The notes: generated by a model not told the origin, from the letters alone. A DNA stretch of 32,000 bases from Acaryochloris marina MBIC11017 (GCF_000018105.1 NC_009928.1:150001-182000); one strand, 5' to 3'. Positions 1-10,255 are shown, numbered from the stretch's first letter. Numbers and translations: made by a program.

Positions 1-31
1 TTATATCCAATCTTGGATAAACGTATATTTA

Positions 32-920
32 GAGGCTGTTTGAAAAGTTTTAGTAGTCCTCCGCTAGCCTTCGAACCATCAGTCGAATCATTGCCGCATA
101 CACAAGCGCTTCAGCTGTCTTGGTCAAGACCTCATAATCTTTATTGAGACGTCGAGACCACAACAACCATCCAAACGTCCGCTCTACAATCCATCGTTTG
201 GGAACCATCTGGAACCCTGCTAGATTATCTGAGCGTTTGATCACTTCTAAGACATATTGAAAACGGTCCATCACCCACGTCATAAAGGCTTGTCCTTGAT
301 AGCCCGCATTGGCCCATATCCGAACACAAACTTGCACCTTGGCGTCGGGCTTTCCAAAACAGTATTTTGGCCCCTCGTTGGTCAGAGATATTGGCAGCGG
401 TGATAATCACCATCAGGAGCAGCCCTAAAGTATCGACGAGCACATGACGCTTACGGCCCTTGACAATTTTTCCACCATCAAACCCAATCGAGTGACACCG
501 AGGATTGCCGACTTTAACCGATTGAGTATCGCAGATGGCGGCACTGGGACTCGGATGACGCTCTTCACTCACCCGCACTTGCATGCGTAGATGGTCATTG
601 ATGTGGACCCAAGTGCCATCATCGCGCCACCTTCGAAAATAGCTATAGACCGTTGACCAACAGGAAAAATCATGGGGTAGCTGTCTCCACTGACACCCCG
701 TAACCAAGAGATAAAAGATGGCATTAAGCACACTGAGCATATCAGTCGTGCGAGGTCTACCTCCAGGTTTAGCAGCAAGAATCAAGGCTTAAGTAATTCC
801 CATTGCAGGGTGGTGAGGTCGCTATCAAAAACTGTCGGCATTGCTCTCAAGGTCCTGTCCAATGTTTGTGTATTGACAGATTTGTCCCTTGAGAGCTTTA
901 CTCACTTCTCAAACAGCCTC
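32..920 (-). mobile_element. IS5-family insertion sequence, copy 1 (about 0.89 kb, both ends present)
   Basis: Terminal inverted repeats GAGGCTGTTTGA(A/G)AAG lie at 32-47 and 905-920. Direct TTA repeats at 29-31 and 921-923 fit the 3-bp TNA duplication typical of IS5-family elements. DDE transposase ORFs lie inside. Confidence 0.85.
50..841 (-). pseudogene. IS5-family DDE transposase, disrupted (split across three frames)
   Basis: Track ORFs 225..785 and 50..337 carry the IS5 motifs (LTxxQWELL, TGCQWRQLP, KGRKRHVLVDTLG, IWANAGYQG, KRWIVERTFGW, LNKDYE). The ATG at 839-841 is out of frame with 785 because of a 1-nt gap relative to copy 2. A second frame change occurs at the A4/T4 tract at 356-359. 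Confidence 0.8.
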
Positions 921-922
921 TT

Positions 923-2373
923 AGCTCGACTTTATCCAATCAAGCAGCATAGCAGAGAAGCTCAGACCAGGTGTTGAATAAATTCCTAGGGACTTTGAAC
1001 ACATCCTTGTCTGTAATTGACGTGTGAAAAGTCTGAAGCTGCCATCAGTGCCGCCTAACTTGTGCGAGTGCATCTGCAAATGATGGATTTAGTTTTCGGT
1101 ACCAAGCTGTCATGGGACAAGCGACTGGATGTGTTGACTGCAATTGATGGGCTAAGGCGGTCACAATGGAGAAGAGTGCTAGAAGTGCAGGCGTGGTGCG
1201 AAGAATCGCCTGGTCTGACCATTGTCTCTGGGTTTCGACACCGAGATGGGCACGGACTTCTTCAAAAGTGACTTCAACCTGCCAACCTTGTCGAAACCAT
1301 TGCATCATCTTGATAGAGCTAATCTCTAGGTCTGTACAAAGCAGTGCTTGTGGCTTGCATCGACCTTGAGGATCGCGGATCAAGACCCAGCGAATGGGAA
1401 TCGGTGGCATACCGGTTTTGTACCATACGGCAGTACTAGAAGTAATGTGTAAAGTTTAGTTGGCCTTGCCATACCAATCTTGAAGCACAATCGTTTTCCA
1501 GGGCGTATTTGCGTTCTCTACTGTTGCTTTGAGTGTAGGCAGGCGCTGTCCAATGATACGAGGACGGCCCATTTGTTTTGGCTTTCGAGGGGGCGCAGGT
1601 TGCCATAATTCCGCATCCAAACGCAACCGAGTAACCACATGAACTGGCTGCGACATTTGAGCGAGAGAGGATAAGAATTCAAACGTGGCAAAGCTACTAT
1701 CGGCAACCACATATATGGCTCGGTGAGGCAACCATCGTCGAACCTGCCGCAGCATTTGCCGTCCCCAATCGGTCAGTCGTTTATGACGATGGCGATGGAT
1801 GTGGTTGTAGCGTTTTGAGGGGGCCAGAACGGTTAGAAAGGGTAAAGCCCAAGTTCGTTTGGCCCAAGGGATGGGTACCAAGAGCATCAAGCTCAACCAG
1901 CGCAAGCCACTGGCTTTGACTAGGTGTGAATGACTGGAGCGAACTGGATCACGATAAATTCCACGAGCGGCAATTCGTTTGCCCCAGCGACGCTCTATCG
2001 TGTCGTCTAAGCCCAGCAGTACTGGTCCCGTGGGGATAAACAGGTTAACCAACTGACGTAAGAGAATCTGACTGGCCCCTCGACTTGACCAGATGGCTCG
2101 ATTTAAGACCCGATGATAACGCTGAGATTGCTGCTCCTCAGACAATCCCATCACTCTCAGAATTGCGCTGACTGTTCGTTTCCCAGGAGCGAGAATAGCA
2201 CCGACGAGAAGTACTGAGGCTGAAGACCAAACCGGCTGAGAAAATAGAGGGCGAAACGCTAAGATCAAAGGCAGAAATATTTTCGGTAGCATTTTCTCAG
2301 GACTCTCGATACTTGCCTATCTCTGATCTTGCTACCGTTTCTTCGTATCAGCATAAATGGATAAAGTCGAGCT
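923..2373 (-). mobile_element. IS4/IS701-like insertion sequence (1.45 kb)
   Basis: A perfect 16-bp inverted repeat AGCTCGACTTTATCCA lies at 923-938 and 2358-2373 and encloses one long transposase frame. IS5 copy 1 has inserted at the TTA immediately outside its left end. Confidence 0.75.
1045..2292 (-). pseudogene. IS4/IS701-like DDE transposase with a single in-frame TAA
   Basis: Track ORFs 1456..2292 and 1045..1410 are in the same frame. They are separated only by a TAA at 1456-1458 and 15 open codons. The family call rests on the N-terminal GKRTVSAILRVMGL...YHRVLNRAIWS motif and the C-terminal QGWQVEVTFEE motif. Confidence 0.7.
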
Positions 2374-2743
2374 TAGAACTCTGCGAATGTTGGCTTCATC
2401 ACCAAAGACTAAAATGGCAGGTTGTTGACTCCTTGAACTATCCATTAATTCTATCTGCGGACTACAAGTATCTAATGTAAGACGCTCAATATTTTGGTGA
2501 AAAATACAACGAAAAATATAGTAAGTTTGAGATAAATGTTTCCCATGAGGAAAATTAGCTACAGCTAATTCCTAAGAGGAGCTAAAGCTTAGGATAGTTA
2601 GAAAATGCTTACTAATTTAACTAAGTTAATAGGTATATAATATTTCAGTATTCAAGAGTCATTGATATCGCAAATACTACAGTTGAATACTTTCAACCTC
2701 GTGTACTCAGCAGTGGATTTTCCTATTGGCATACTTACGATTA

Positions 2744-2968
2744 GTGACGTACTCCAGACGTTGATGCAAGCATACAACGCTGGCTTCTCCTGTCTTTCAA
2801 CCTTCGCGTTTTAGAGTGAGGCGACGCCCAACCCAACTGTCGGAGCGGCAATTAGCACGTACTCCACTGTTGTTATTATTTTATCGCGGCATTGTTCCCT
2901 TCGGCCACGCGCCTCTCATGCCGTCGTTGATTGACTTGCTTTGCTCTCAAAACAACGCGGGGCTTCCC
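2744..2968. repeat. 225-bp structured noncoding repeat, copy A
   Basis: It aligns over its whole length with 21610-21834. The first 45 nt are identical and the rest is roughly four-fifths identical by eye. There is a sharp boundary at GTGACGTACTCC, stop codons in all frames, and a subterminal imperfect hairpin at each end. Confidence 0.7.
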
Positions 2969-3065
2969 ACCGACTAAGCTAAAGGCTGCTCCGATCAATA
3001 TGGAACTGTATAGAACCCATTTGAGATCTTTTGCCTAATACGCAAAACTGTCAGAAGCGTTCTAT

Positions 3066-3188
3066 TTCAATCTAGTGAGGGTAGATTCCCCGCTGCTTGC
3101 AGCGAAGAAATGGGATTGTAATCCAAATCTACGGTTTGGGAGCAAATCGTATTCCATACCCCGTCTGCTTGCAGCGGGGCAGTTGATT
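3066..3188 (+). repeat. 123-bp hairpin-rich MITE-like repeat, copy 1
   Basis: By eye it is identical to 15339-15461 and 28260-28382. It contains two G(CUUG)C-capped hairpins (CGCTG-CTTG-CAGCG and CCCCG..CTG-CTTG-CAG-CGGGG). Confidence 0.85.
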
Positions 3189-3192
3189 GGTT

Positions 3193-4034
3193 ATGACCTA
3201 CTCAAGCAGTTTGACTGATACCGAATGGGAAATCCTCGAACCGCTGTTGCCAGAATTTCTACCGCCCAAGAAAAAGACAAAGCCTCTAGCCTGGAGTTAC
3301 CGAGAGCTGATGGATGGGATGCTCTATCGACTCAAAAATGGCTGCAACTGGCAGGACTGGCCCAAAGACTTTCCTCCCATCTCAACGGTCTTTTGGCACT
3401 ACAACAAGTGGCGCAAAGCAGGATCGATTGAGACGTTGATGACGCTGCTGAATGGATAGGTTCGTGAGCAGGTAAAAAAAGCCCAAATGGACAAGGTTGA
3501 TAATGGCAGACTCGCAAGCGGTGAAGAACACTTGCAATGCGAGGGTGGAGTCGAAAGGGTTCTGTTTCTACAAAGCCACCCATGGAATCAATCGACAATA
3601 CCCTTGGTTTCCCATTCTTTACCCTGTGCACACCCCCACATGCCTCAGACAATATGGGCTTACTGATGATGTTGACCCTCAATATTGAGTACTTCAAAGC
3701 CAAGCCTGTCAATATCCCTAAAATCACCTTTTTGTTGGACAACGGCTATCATTTGGATACATTGACTCAGAAGCTTGAAGCGGTCTATCCAGCCATCATG
3801 AGAAAGATCAGATTTGAGCTATCGCCGAAGCCCTTAAAAACAGAAAAAGCAGCTCAAGGGAAAACGGGCTTTGTTCCGGTTGCGACCCGATGGGTCATTG
3901 AGCGTTCCAACGCTTGGATGGGGCACTGTAAGAGCCTGACTAAGAACTTTGAGCGAACGCTTGTGAATGCAAAAGCGCAAATGGATTTGTGCTTCGTCAG
4001 GCTTATGCTTAAGAGGCTTGCGGCTAAGTCTTAA
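3193..4034 (+). pseudogene. IS5-family DDE transposase, multiply disrupted
   Basis: The N-terminal LTDTEWEILEPLLP...NGCNWQDWPKDFPP motif is in frame 1 and ends at a TAG at 3457-3459. The ADSQAVKNT...KGF segment is in frame 2, after the A7 tract at 3474-3480. The DNGY...RWVIERSNAW...KNFE segment is in frame 3 (track ORF 3537..4034). Confidence 0.8.
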
Positions 4035-4224
4035 GATCTCAAATGGGTTCTATAGAAAGCACTATGATTCTTGCAAATATTTACTTTGTAACCATTTGGT
4101 AGGTTAGAAGAATCATATTCATGGTGAGGGTTGTCTGATAGACAACCCTATTCCCCTTATGTGAAAGAAGCTTTATACCTAATTAGAAGTGGCTCTGAGT
4201 AAGCAACTCCTCGTTAATTAAAAA

Positions 4225-5040
4225 CTAAGACCCAACCACAAATGAAGCAATTATCACACCACTTAGTGCGCCAAGACCAATTATAATTGCCGCTATAAGG
4301 CCAGTATAACTTTCGGATCCCTCTGATGAACCTGATGAAATTGAACTGGCTGAGCTAGTAGAGCGACTAGGTGTACTAGAACGACTGGGTGCACTGGAGC
4401 GACTGGGTGCGCTAGAACGAGTCGGTGCGCTAGAACGGCGAGGAACGCTAGAAGACCGGCTTGTTCTAGAAATACTATCCCGAAACTCCTCACCATAACG
4501 AGTAACGTGAGCAAACGTTAATTCTCCTATCTCTTGCTGAGGGAGAATTCGACGTCGTTGATATGGAACAGTGTCTTCCCCAAAATTTTCCAGATATTCA
4601 TCGGTATTAAGCAGCTCGTCAATGAAGCCTTGGAGTCCTTTCGTAGCTAAAACAATAGACCAAGCTAGGGTTTCTCTTTCGTTGTAAACCTGACGTCCCA
4701 ATACGCGCTGAAAACAAAGCTCAACAAAACGATAGTTGTTATTGGCATCATAATTCAGTCGGCGAAAGGAATCTGATAAGATCAAACCCCGAATAAAATC
4801 TTTAACAGTAATCTGCCTGGCTTTGAGTTGAGATTCTAAAGTCGCCTGACGGTTGGCGGCCAACATCTGTTGCTCATGATAGATTTGCAGATAGGATGCA
4901 TCAATGATGGCGGTGATTTCGTTGGGCGAGGGTAGATTTTCAGTCGTAAAGATCCTTGGCTGTTCATCGCTGGGTACTTCAAAACCATTGACACGCTGAT
5001 TTTGGGATATTGGGGAGTAATCTAATAAGGGTAGGGACAT
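4225..5040 (-). CDS. cpcL: Phycobilisome rod-core/rod-membrane linker, CpcG family, CpcL-type with a C-terminal hydrophobic anchor
   Basis: The product begins MSLPLLDYSPISQNQRVNGFEV and contains the PBS-linker motifs FIRGLILSDSFRRLNYDANNNYRFVE and EYLENFGEDTVPYQRRR. An AAGGAG Shine-Dalgarno lies 8 nt upstream of the ATG at 5040; the track start at 5070 is rejected. The C terminus is a Ser/Arg/Pro repeat followed by GLIAAIIIGLGALSGVIIASFVVG. Confidence 0.9.
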   Translation of the reverse strand: MSLPLLDYSPISQNQRVNGFEVPSDEQPRIFTTENLPSPNEITAIIDASYLQIYHEQQMLAANRQATLESQLKARQITVKDFIRGLILSDSFRRLNYDANNNYRFVELCFQRVLGRQVYNERETLAWSIVLATKGLQGFIDELLNTDEYLENFGEDTVPYQRRRILPQQEIGELTFAHVTRYGEEFRDSISRTSRSSSVPRRSSAPTRSSAPSRSSAPSRSSTPSRSTSSASSISSGSSEGSESYTGLIAAIIIGLGALSGVIIASFVVGS

Positions 5041-6083
5041 ATATAAAACTCCTTGACAAAAAATGGCCAAAATACTTTATTAGTGGAAAAATTCCAAGTA
5101 AATGAAATATTGAAGAAAGTAGTTCGATACCCAAGTATTTCTAGAACTTCATTTCTTGAATCTAATGATTTATCGTACTACTGAAGCGGTACAATAGCTG
5201 ACTTCTGGCTTAGGAAAGTAGAAATTTGCAATATTTACTCTAACTACTACAAGCTTAGATGCTGAGCCTCATACCATACCCTAAGTATCGCTGAAAGAGC
5301 TAGCTTGTACATTCTTTAGATCAACATGTTCGGGCTCAACTCAGAAAAAACTATCAATTTCATTGATTAAGTTCTTCCTTTTTCTAGAAAATGCCATAAT
5401 TCTCATCAATTAAATAGATAACGCAGTTTTTCCCTCCAAAAGTTGTAGCTTTTAATTTGCCCGATTCTCCTCACCTTGGGCTGTTAGAAGTTCGTAAAAG
5501 CTAATTTAGACAATGATGAAACCCTGCAAGGCCGAAAAATCAACTGTGAGGATTGAGGCATGCAAAAATAGCTGTCTCTGATGTTCTCCCAGATATTTGA
5601 ATAGAATCAAGTCCCTTACATTAAGATGGGATCAATCATTTTTTTACTGCGCATCAATGTAAGAAAAGCGTCAAAATTAACAAATCTTTAGAAGATATAT
5701 CAAGTTCATTTTATTATGAATTAAAGTTCTCATTCATAATAACTGTCAAATCATATATCATATCAACTATCATTAAGATTACCTATATCGATTGGGCGAT
5801 TTAACCGTGACGTTAATCGCCCTTCCTTCAGCAGAATTAATTTAGCAATCTCTGAATCATTATTTTCTAACTAAGAATTAGCAGTAGGCATCCTAATCAC
5901 GGAATTATAAATGTTTTCTGAAAATTAGACTATTCTTATAAAAGAAGTACAATTTTATTGAGTCTAATTAAGATATCTTCGAATTGTCACGAAATTTGAT
6001 ATCGTGACTCTTGGTAATAAAACTTGAAGATAGGCCTTGGTTTGACGGTATGTCTGAAAGTTGAACTCATCTGAGCCATAGGT

Positions 6084-7244
6084 ATGAGCCGAGCAGGAAT
6101 ATTGCTGTTAAATTTGGGAGGGCCTGAGAGGCTAAGAGACGTCCGCCCCTTTCTATATAATCTATTTTCAGATCCAGAAATCATCCGTTTACGCTTTCCT
6201 GTTTTACAGGCTCCGCTTGCATGGTTAATTTCTGTATTAAGGTCTAGTAAATCTGAGAAAAACTACCAAAAGATTGGTGGTTTTTCTCCCTTGCGCGAGA
6301 TTACTGAGTCCCAGGCATTTGCATTACAACAGGCATTATGTTCAGCAGGCTATCCGATTAAAACCTATGTAGGGATGAGATATTGGCATCCCTTTACGGA
6401 AGAAGCCATCGAGCAAATAAAGCGAGACAGAATCACCGATCTCGTCATTCTTCCCCTTTACCCGCAGTTTTCAATTAGTACCAGTGGATCTAGCTTTCGC
6501 CAACTAGAGAAAATTTGGATGGCCGATCCAGGCTTGCAGACCATTAACTATACAATCATTCCTTCTTGGCACGACTGCAAAGACTATATTCGAGCGATAG
6601 CTGATTTGATAGATGGCTGCATTGATCAGCAACCTGATGCCCATCAGGCCCATTTATTTTTTAGCGCTCATGGTGTACCCGTCAGCTATGTCGAAGAAGC
6701 TGGCGATCCTTATCAAGATGAGGTTGAGAAATGTGTGGGTTTAATTATGAAGGCCCTAAACAGGGATATACCTTACACATTGGCTTACCAAAGCCGAGTA
6801 GGTCCAATTGAATGGCTGAAGCCTTATACGGACGAGGCAATTGTCGAAGTTGCACAACAAGGGTATAAAGAGCTAGTTGTTGTCCCCATTAGTTTTGTCT
6901 CAGACCATATTGAGACCCTCGAAGAAATTGACATAGAGTATCGGGAGATAGCGATCAATGCTGGGATAGAAACTTTTATTAGAGTTCCTGCCCTCAACAC
7001 AAATCCAGACTTTATTCAAGCCCTAGCCAAGTTGGTCATTCAAGCCTTAAGTGAACGCCCTGTTTTATTTAGTGATGTTTGTCCAGAGAACGCAGTGAAA
7101 TTGTATCCTCAAGAACAATGGGCTTGGGGAATAACTCCCTCCGCAGAGGTCTGGAATGGGCGACTAGCTATGTTTGGGATGTTGGGAGTACTACTTGAAT
7201 ATTTCGTAGGATCTGGACCGCTACATTTATTAGGCTTAATGTAG
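6084..7244 (+). CDS. hemH: Ferrochelatase with a C-terminal CAB/LHC-like helix
   Basis: The N terminus reads [30 protein letters not shown], with SAHGVP and [13 protein letters not shown] further in. The C terminus [20 protein letters not shown] is the chlorophyll-binding motif typical of cyanobacterial and plastid ferrochelatases. Confidence 0.95.
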   Translation: MSRAGILLLNLGGPERLRDVRPFLYNLFSDPEIIRLRFPVLQAPLAWLISVLRSSKSEKNYQKIGGFSPLREITESQAFALQQALCSAGYPIKTYVGMRYWHPFTEEAIEQIKRDRITDLVILPLYPQFSISTSGSSFRQLEKIWMADPGLQTINYTIIPSWHDCKDYIRAIADLIDGCIDQQPDAHQAHLFFSAHGVPVSYVEEAGDPYQDEVEKCVGLIMKALNRDIPYTLAYQSRVGPIEWLKPYTDEAIVEVAQQGYKELVVVPISFVSDHIETLEEIDIEYREIAINAGIETFIRVPALNTNPDFIQALAKLVIQALSERPVLFSDVCPENAVKLYPQEQWAWGITPSAEVWNGRLAMFGMLGVLLEYFVGSGPLHLLGLM

Positions 7245-7405
7245 TCATGGTCATAGTGAGGATGTTTAACCTGCCTCTCTTATTGGACTATTAAGAAATT
7301 GTAATGGAAGGGTTGTTCAAATTAACCTAATGTAGCTAACAAGGTTATCTTTTTCACAATTAGATTTTTTATCAGCAGTTATCATCAAGAAATGGGAAGT
7401 TTGGC

Positions 7406-8122
7406 ATGAGGGAAAAATTATCAATTCAATTGAGTGAAGGCACTAAAAAAGCTCATACAATGGCAGAGAATGTAGGCTTTGTGCGGTGTTTTCTAAGAGG
7501 AGCAGTTGACAAGACATCTTATCGGAACCTCATCGCAAATCTATATTTTGTCTACACTGCGATGGAGCAGGAACTACGAGTTCTCAAGAAACATCCTATC
7601 ATTTCCAAGATATATTTTCCTGAGTTAAATCGTAAATCCAGTCTTGAGAAAGATCTCTGTTTCTACTATGGAAATAGTTGGCAAGAGTCTATAGAACCAT
7701 CTGCTGCTGCAAATAACTATGTAGAAAGAATTCATGAAGTAGCGACTACTCATCCAGAGCTACTAATTGCACACTCATATACACGCTATTTAGGCGACCT
7801 TTCAGGAGGACAAATTCTCAAGGGTATAGCTGAGCGTTCGATGAATCTATCGAATGGCGCTGGGACTGCCTTTTATGAATTTGAGTCCATCCCTGATGCG
7901 AAGGAGTTCAAGGAAGCCTATCGTCAAGCACTGAATGAACTGCCAATCAATGAGACGGTTGCTCATCAAATTGTAGATGAAGCTAATGCTGCATTTGGGC
8001 TCAATATGTTGATGTTTCAAGAGCTTGAAGGTAGTCTCATTAAAGCGATTGGGCAGATGCTTTTCAACACGCTCACACGACGCCGCAAACAAAACGGTCC
8101 TAACCTTGCGATAGCTGAATGA
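7406..8122 (+). CDS. ho1: Heme oxygenase (biliverdin-forming)
   Basis: LSEGTKKAHTMAENVGFVRCFLRG, AHSYTRYLGDLSGGQILK and FYEF are classic HO1 motifs. The product is 238 aa. Confidence 0.95.
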   Translation: MREKLSIQLSEGTKKAHTMAENVGFVRCFLRGAVDKTSYRNLIANLYFVYTAMEQELRVLKKHPIISKIYFPELNRKSSLEKDLCFYYGNSWQESIEPSAAANNYVERIHEVATTHPELLIAHSYTRYLGDLSGGQILKGIAERSMNLSNGAGTAFYEFESIPDAKEFKEAYRQALNELPINETVAHQIVDEANAAFGLNMLMFQELEGSLIKAIGQMLFNTLTRRRKQNGPNLAIAE

Positions 8123-8242
8123 TTTAGTTCATTATTCCTTTTCTACGGCTTGTTTTCCATAACACCTCAACACAGTTTCAATTCAAAAATAATATATCCT
8201 AGAACCTCTATATCAATTAGAGCTAATTTATAAAGTAAGTAT

Positions 8243-8357
8243 TAGACCTCTTGCAATTATTTGTTTCATGGTGTGTTACGCACTCAATTTATGCCGCGAT
8301 CTGACTTGAATTTTTAGTCCGCTACCATACCGTTAGCTGAATTATGCAAGAGGTCTA
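8243..8357. repeat. About 115-bp MITE with the termini of the Harbinger-like IS
   Basis: TAGACCTCTTGCAATTAT at 8243-8260 and its inverse ATTATGCAAGAGGTCTA at 8341-8357 match the IS ends at 30247, 31754 and 28704. There is no coding capacity. It sits in the leader of the IS5-type element. Confidence 0.7.
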
Positions 8358-9167
8358 TTAAGGGCGATAAGGTCGTTAAATTGCTCCTCTAGGGTGGGTT
8401 GTAGCTACTTCAAGCGCTATGTATCATGAGTCGCTTACCTGAGATTGAAAATCCTCATCGTCGAGCCTATGCCAGTGACCTCAGTGATGCTGAATGGAAC
8501 GTTATAGAGCCGCTGTTGACCAAAGATAAAGGATTTGGACTCCCCAGAACTGTTGACTTGGGAGAAATCCTCAACGCAATTTTCTTCGTGCAAAGGACGG
8601 GATGTCAGTGGGAAATGCTTCCCCATGATTTACTAGCCCACGAAGCCGCCACAACTACTTTCAGAAGTGGCAACGCAAAGGCATCTGGTGTTTGCTCCAT
8701 GACACTCTGCGCCATCAATTGAGGCAAGAGATGGACCGAGAAAAAGACTCTGCTGTTGCCATTGCTGGCTCTCAATCGGTGAAGACAACGGAAAAAAGGG
8801 GGCAGTCTATGGTTTTGATGGTGGCAAGAAAGTTAAAGGCCGTAAGCGACATATAGTCGTCGATTCTCAGGGATTAATGATTGGGGTTGTGGTGACAGGA
8901 GCAAACACTTCAGAACGATTGGGAGTTGTGTTTGTTCTAAGTGACGCCATGGAAAAACTCTCTCGCTTATAAGTGCTTTGGGTTGACCAAGGCTACTCAG
9001 GACCAAACTTTCAGCGTGCTGTGCAGCAGGTTTGTGGTGAGACCGTCAAGGTTGATGCTATTGAGCGTCAATCCAAAGGATTTGAAGTGTTGCCTAAGTA
9101 TAATGGCCCCCAAAATTTGGACAGGTGTCTAAGCTCTGGATCCTTCAAAAAATGATAGGAGTGATTC

Positions 9168-9485
9168 ATGAGTAAGAAACGAAAACAATACAGCCCAACG
9201 TTCAAAGCGAAGATCGCGATTGAAGCAATCCAGGGGCAGAAGACAACGCCTGAATTATCGAGCCAATATGGGATTCACCCGACGATGATCAACACCTGGA
9301 AGCGTCAGCTTCTAGAAAACGCCAGTGAACTGTTTGACAAGGGGAAGCGGGCTAGCAAAGCCCAATCGAACACCGAAGCTCAGATCAATGAGCTATATCG
9401 TCAAATTGGTCAACTGAAGGTAGAGCGGGATTTTTTAGCCAAGCACTCCGCACGACTGGGTCTGATACCCGAAAGTCCCTGGTAG
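9168..9485 (+). CDS. IS3-family transposase OrfA (HTH)
   Basis: The product begins MSKKRKQYSPTFKAKIAIEAIQG...TWKRQLLE and has a leucine-zipper-like tail. A T TTT TTA slippery heptamer at 9431-9437 lies near its 3' end. Confidence 0.85.
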   Translation: MSKKRKQYSPTFKAKIAIEAIQGQKTTPELSSQYGIHPTMINTWKRQLLENASELFDKGKRASKAQSNTEAQINELYRQIGQLKVERDFLAKHSARLGLIPESPW

Positions 9486-9508
9486 ATGCTCAGCATCATG
9501 CTCTGAGT

Positions 9509-10255
9509 GTGGTTCGTCAGTGTCAGTTGCTAGGAGTGAGTCGTTCAAGCCTTTACTACCAGCCGATTGCCCCATCAGGGGAGGAAATGACCTTACTCAA
9601 ACTGATGGACCAACAATATCTAAGAACTCCGTTTTACGGCAGCCGTCGGATGAAAGCTTATTTGCAAACCCAAGGCTACACCGTCAATCGTAAGCGGGTT
9701 CAACGATTAATGCGTCAGTTAGGACTGCAAGCGATTTATCCCAAACCGAAACTCAGTGAATCGCATCCCGAGCATCAGATTTACCCTTATTTACTCAGAG
9801 GGGTTGATATTGTCTCAGTCAATCAGGTTTGGAGTACTGATATTACCTATCTCCCTGTGTTTCGAGGGCATTTCTATCTTGTAGCAATTATGGATTGGTT
9901 TAGTCGAAAAGTACTCAGTTGGCGAGTGTCGAACACAATGGATGTGTATTTCTGTCTAGCGGCTCTGGAGGAAGCCTTGAACAAATATCCCATCCCTGAG
10001 ATTTTTAACTCAGATCAAGGGTCACAGTTTACAGCTCATGCTTTTACAGACTGCCTCAAACAGGCCAGGGTGAACATCAGTATGGACGGTCGAGGCCGTT
10101 GTCATGACAATATTTTCATTGAGCGATTATGGCGTTCTGTGAAATGGGAATTGATTTATCTCAAGGCGTTTGAGGATGGTCAACATTTATCTCAGGAGGT
10201 GAAAAATTGGTTTCACTGGTATAACCGACAAAGGCCACATCAATTATTAGGCTAA
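9509..10255 (+). CDS. IS3-family transposase OrfB (integrase core), probably made as an OrfAB fusion
   Basis: It carries the rve-type motifs WSTDITYL, FNSDQGSQFT and RPHQ. The frame is open from 9437, which is exactly the -1 frame of the heptamer. About 15 C-terminal residues (KTPDEIYYAG...) lie in another frame after the A5 tract at 10254-10258, so the copy may be slightly defective. Confidence 0.8.
   Translation: MVRQCQLLGVSRSSLYYQPIAPSGEEMTLLKLMDQQYLRTPFYGSRRMKAYLQTQGYTVNRKRVQRLMRQLGLQAIYPKPKLSESHPEHQIYPYLLRGVDIVSVNQVWSTDITYLPVFRGHFYLVAIMDWFSRKVLSWRVSNTMDVYFCLAALEEALNKYPIPEIFNSDQGSQFTAHAFTDCLKQARVNISMDGRGRCHDNIFIERLWRSVKWELIYLKAFEDGQHLSQEVKNWFHWYNRQRPHQLLG

Larger units (their letters stand above)
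3009..4054 (+). mobile_element. Second type of IS5-family insertion sequence, degenerate, carrying a 123-bp MITE
   Basis: A 22-bp perfect inverted repeat TATAGAACCCATTTGAGATCTT lies at 3009-3030 and 4033-4054. The 123-bp repeat at 3066-3188 sits between the left IR and the transposase start. Confidence 0.8.

Noticed and set aside
2744-2790. On the minus strand, the hairpin CCAGCGTTG...CAACGTCTGG resembles group II intron domain V (AGC near the base, a bulge on the 3' arm).
   Set aside because: The loop is CUUG-like, not GNRA. Only 10 nt follow the hairpin, which leaves no room for domain VI. No GUGYG 5' end or reverse transcriptase/maturase ORF is present, and total homology is only 225 nt.
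4357-4464. A 21-bp tandem repeat array that could be taken for a minisatellite or a short CRISPR-like array.
   Set aside because: The repeats are contiguous with no spacers. They lie in frame inside the cpcL-type gene and translate to a regular Ser/Arg/Pro heptad. This is a coding low-complexity tether, not a CRISPR array.
5041-5070. The track's start for the cpcL-type ORF at 5070 (MAIFCQGVLY...).
   Set aside because: The conserved CpcG N terminus MSLPLLDY begins at the ATG at 5040, which has an AAGGAG Shine-Dalgarno 8 nt upstream. The extension has no homology pattern.
7847-8092. Antisense or out-of-frame ORFs lie inside well-supported genes. The same applies to 569..778, 1062..1271, 1166..1369, 1518..1712, 3225..3431, 3332..3742, 4293..4514, 11581..11874, 12403..12636, 14785..15039, 18472..18735, 18510..18722, 19317..19604, 19336..19617, 23982..24197, 24439..24693, 24743..24955, 25063..25311, 25223..25504, 26084..26275, 27010..27312, 27275..27472, 28065..28259, 29028..29228, 29778..30101, 29968..30189, 31254..31481 and 31571..31753.
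   Set aside because: Each overlaps a gene or transposase frame that has clear family motifs. None has recognisable motifs or a ribosome-binding site, and their composition looks like shadow frames.
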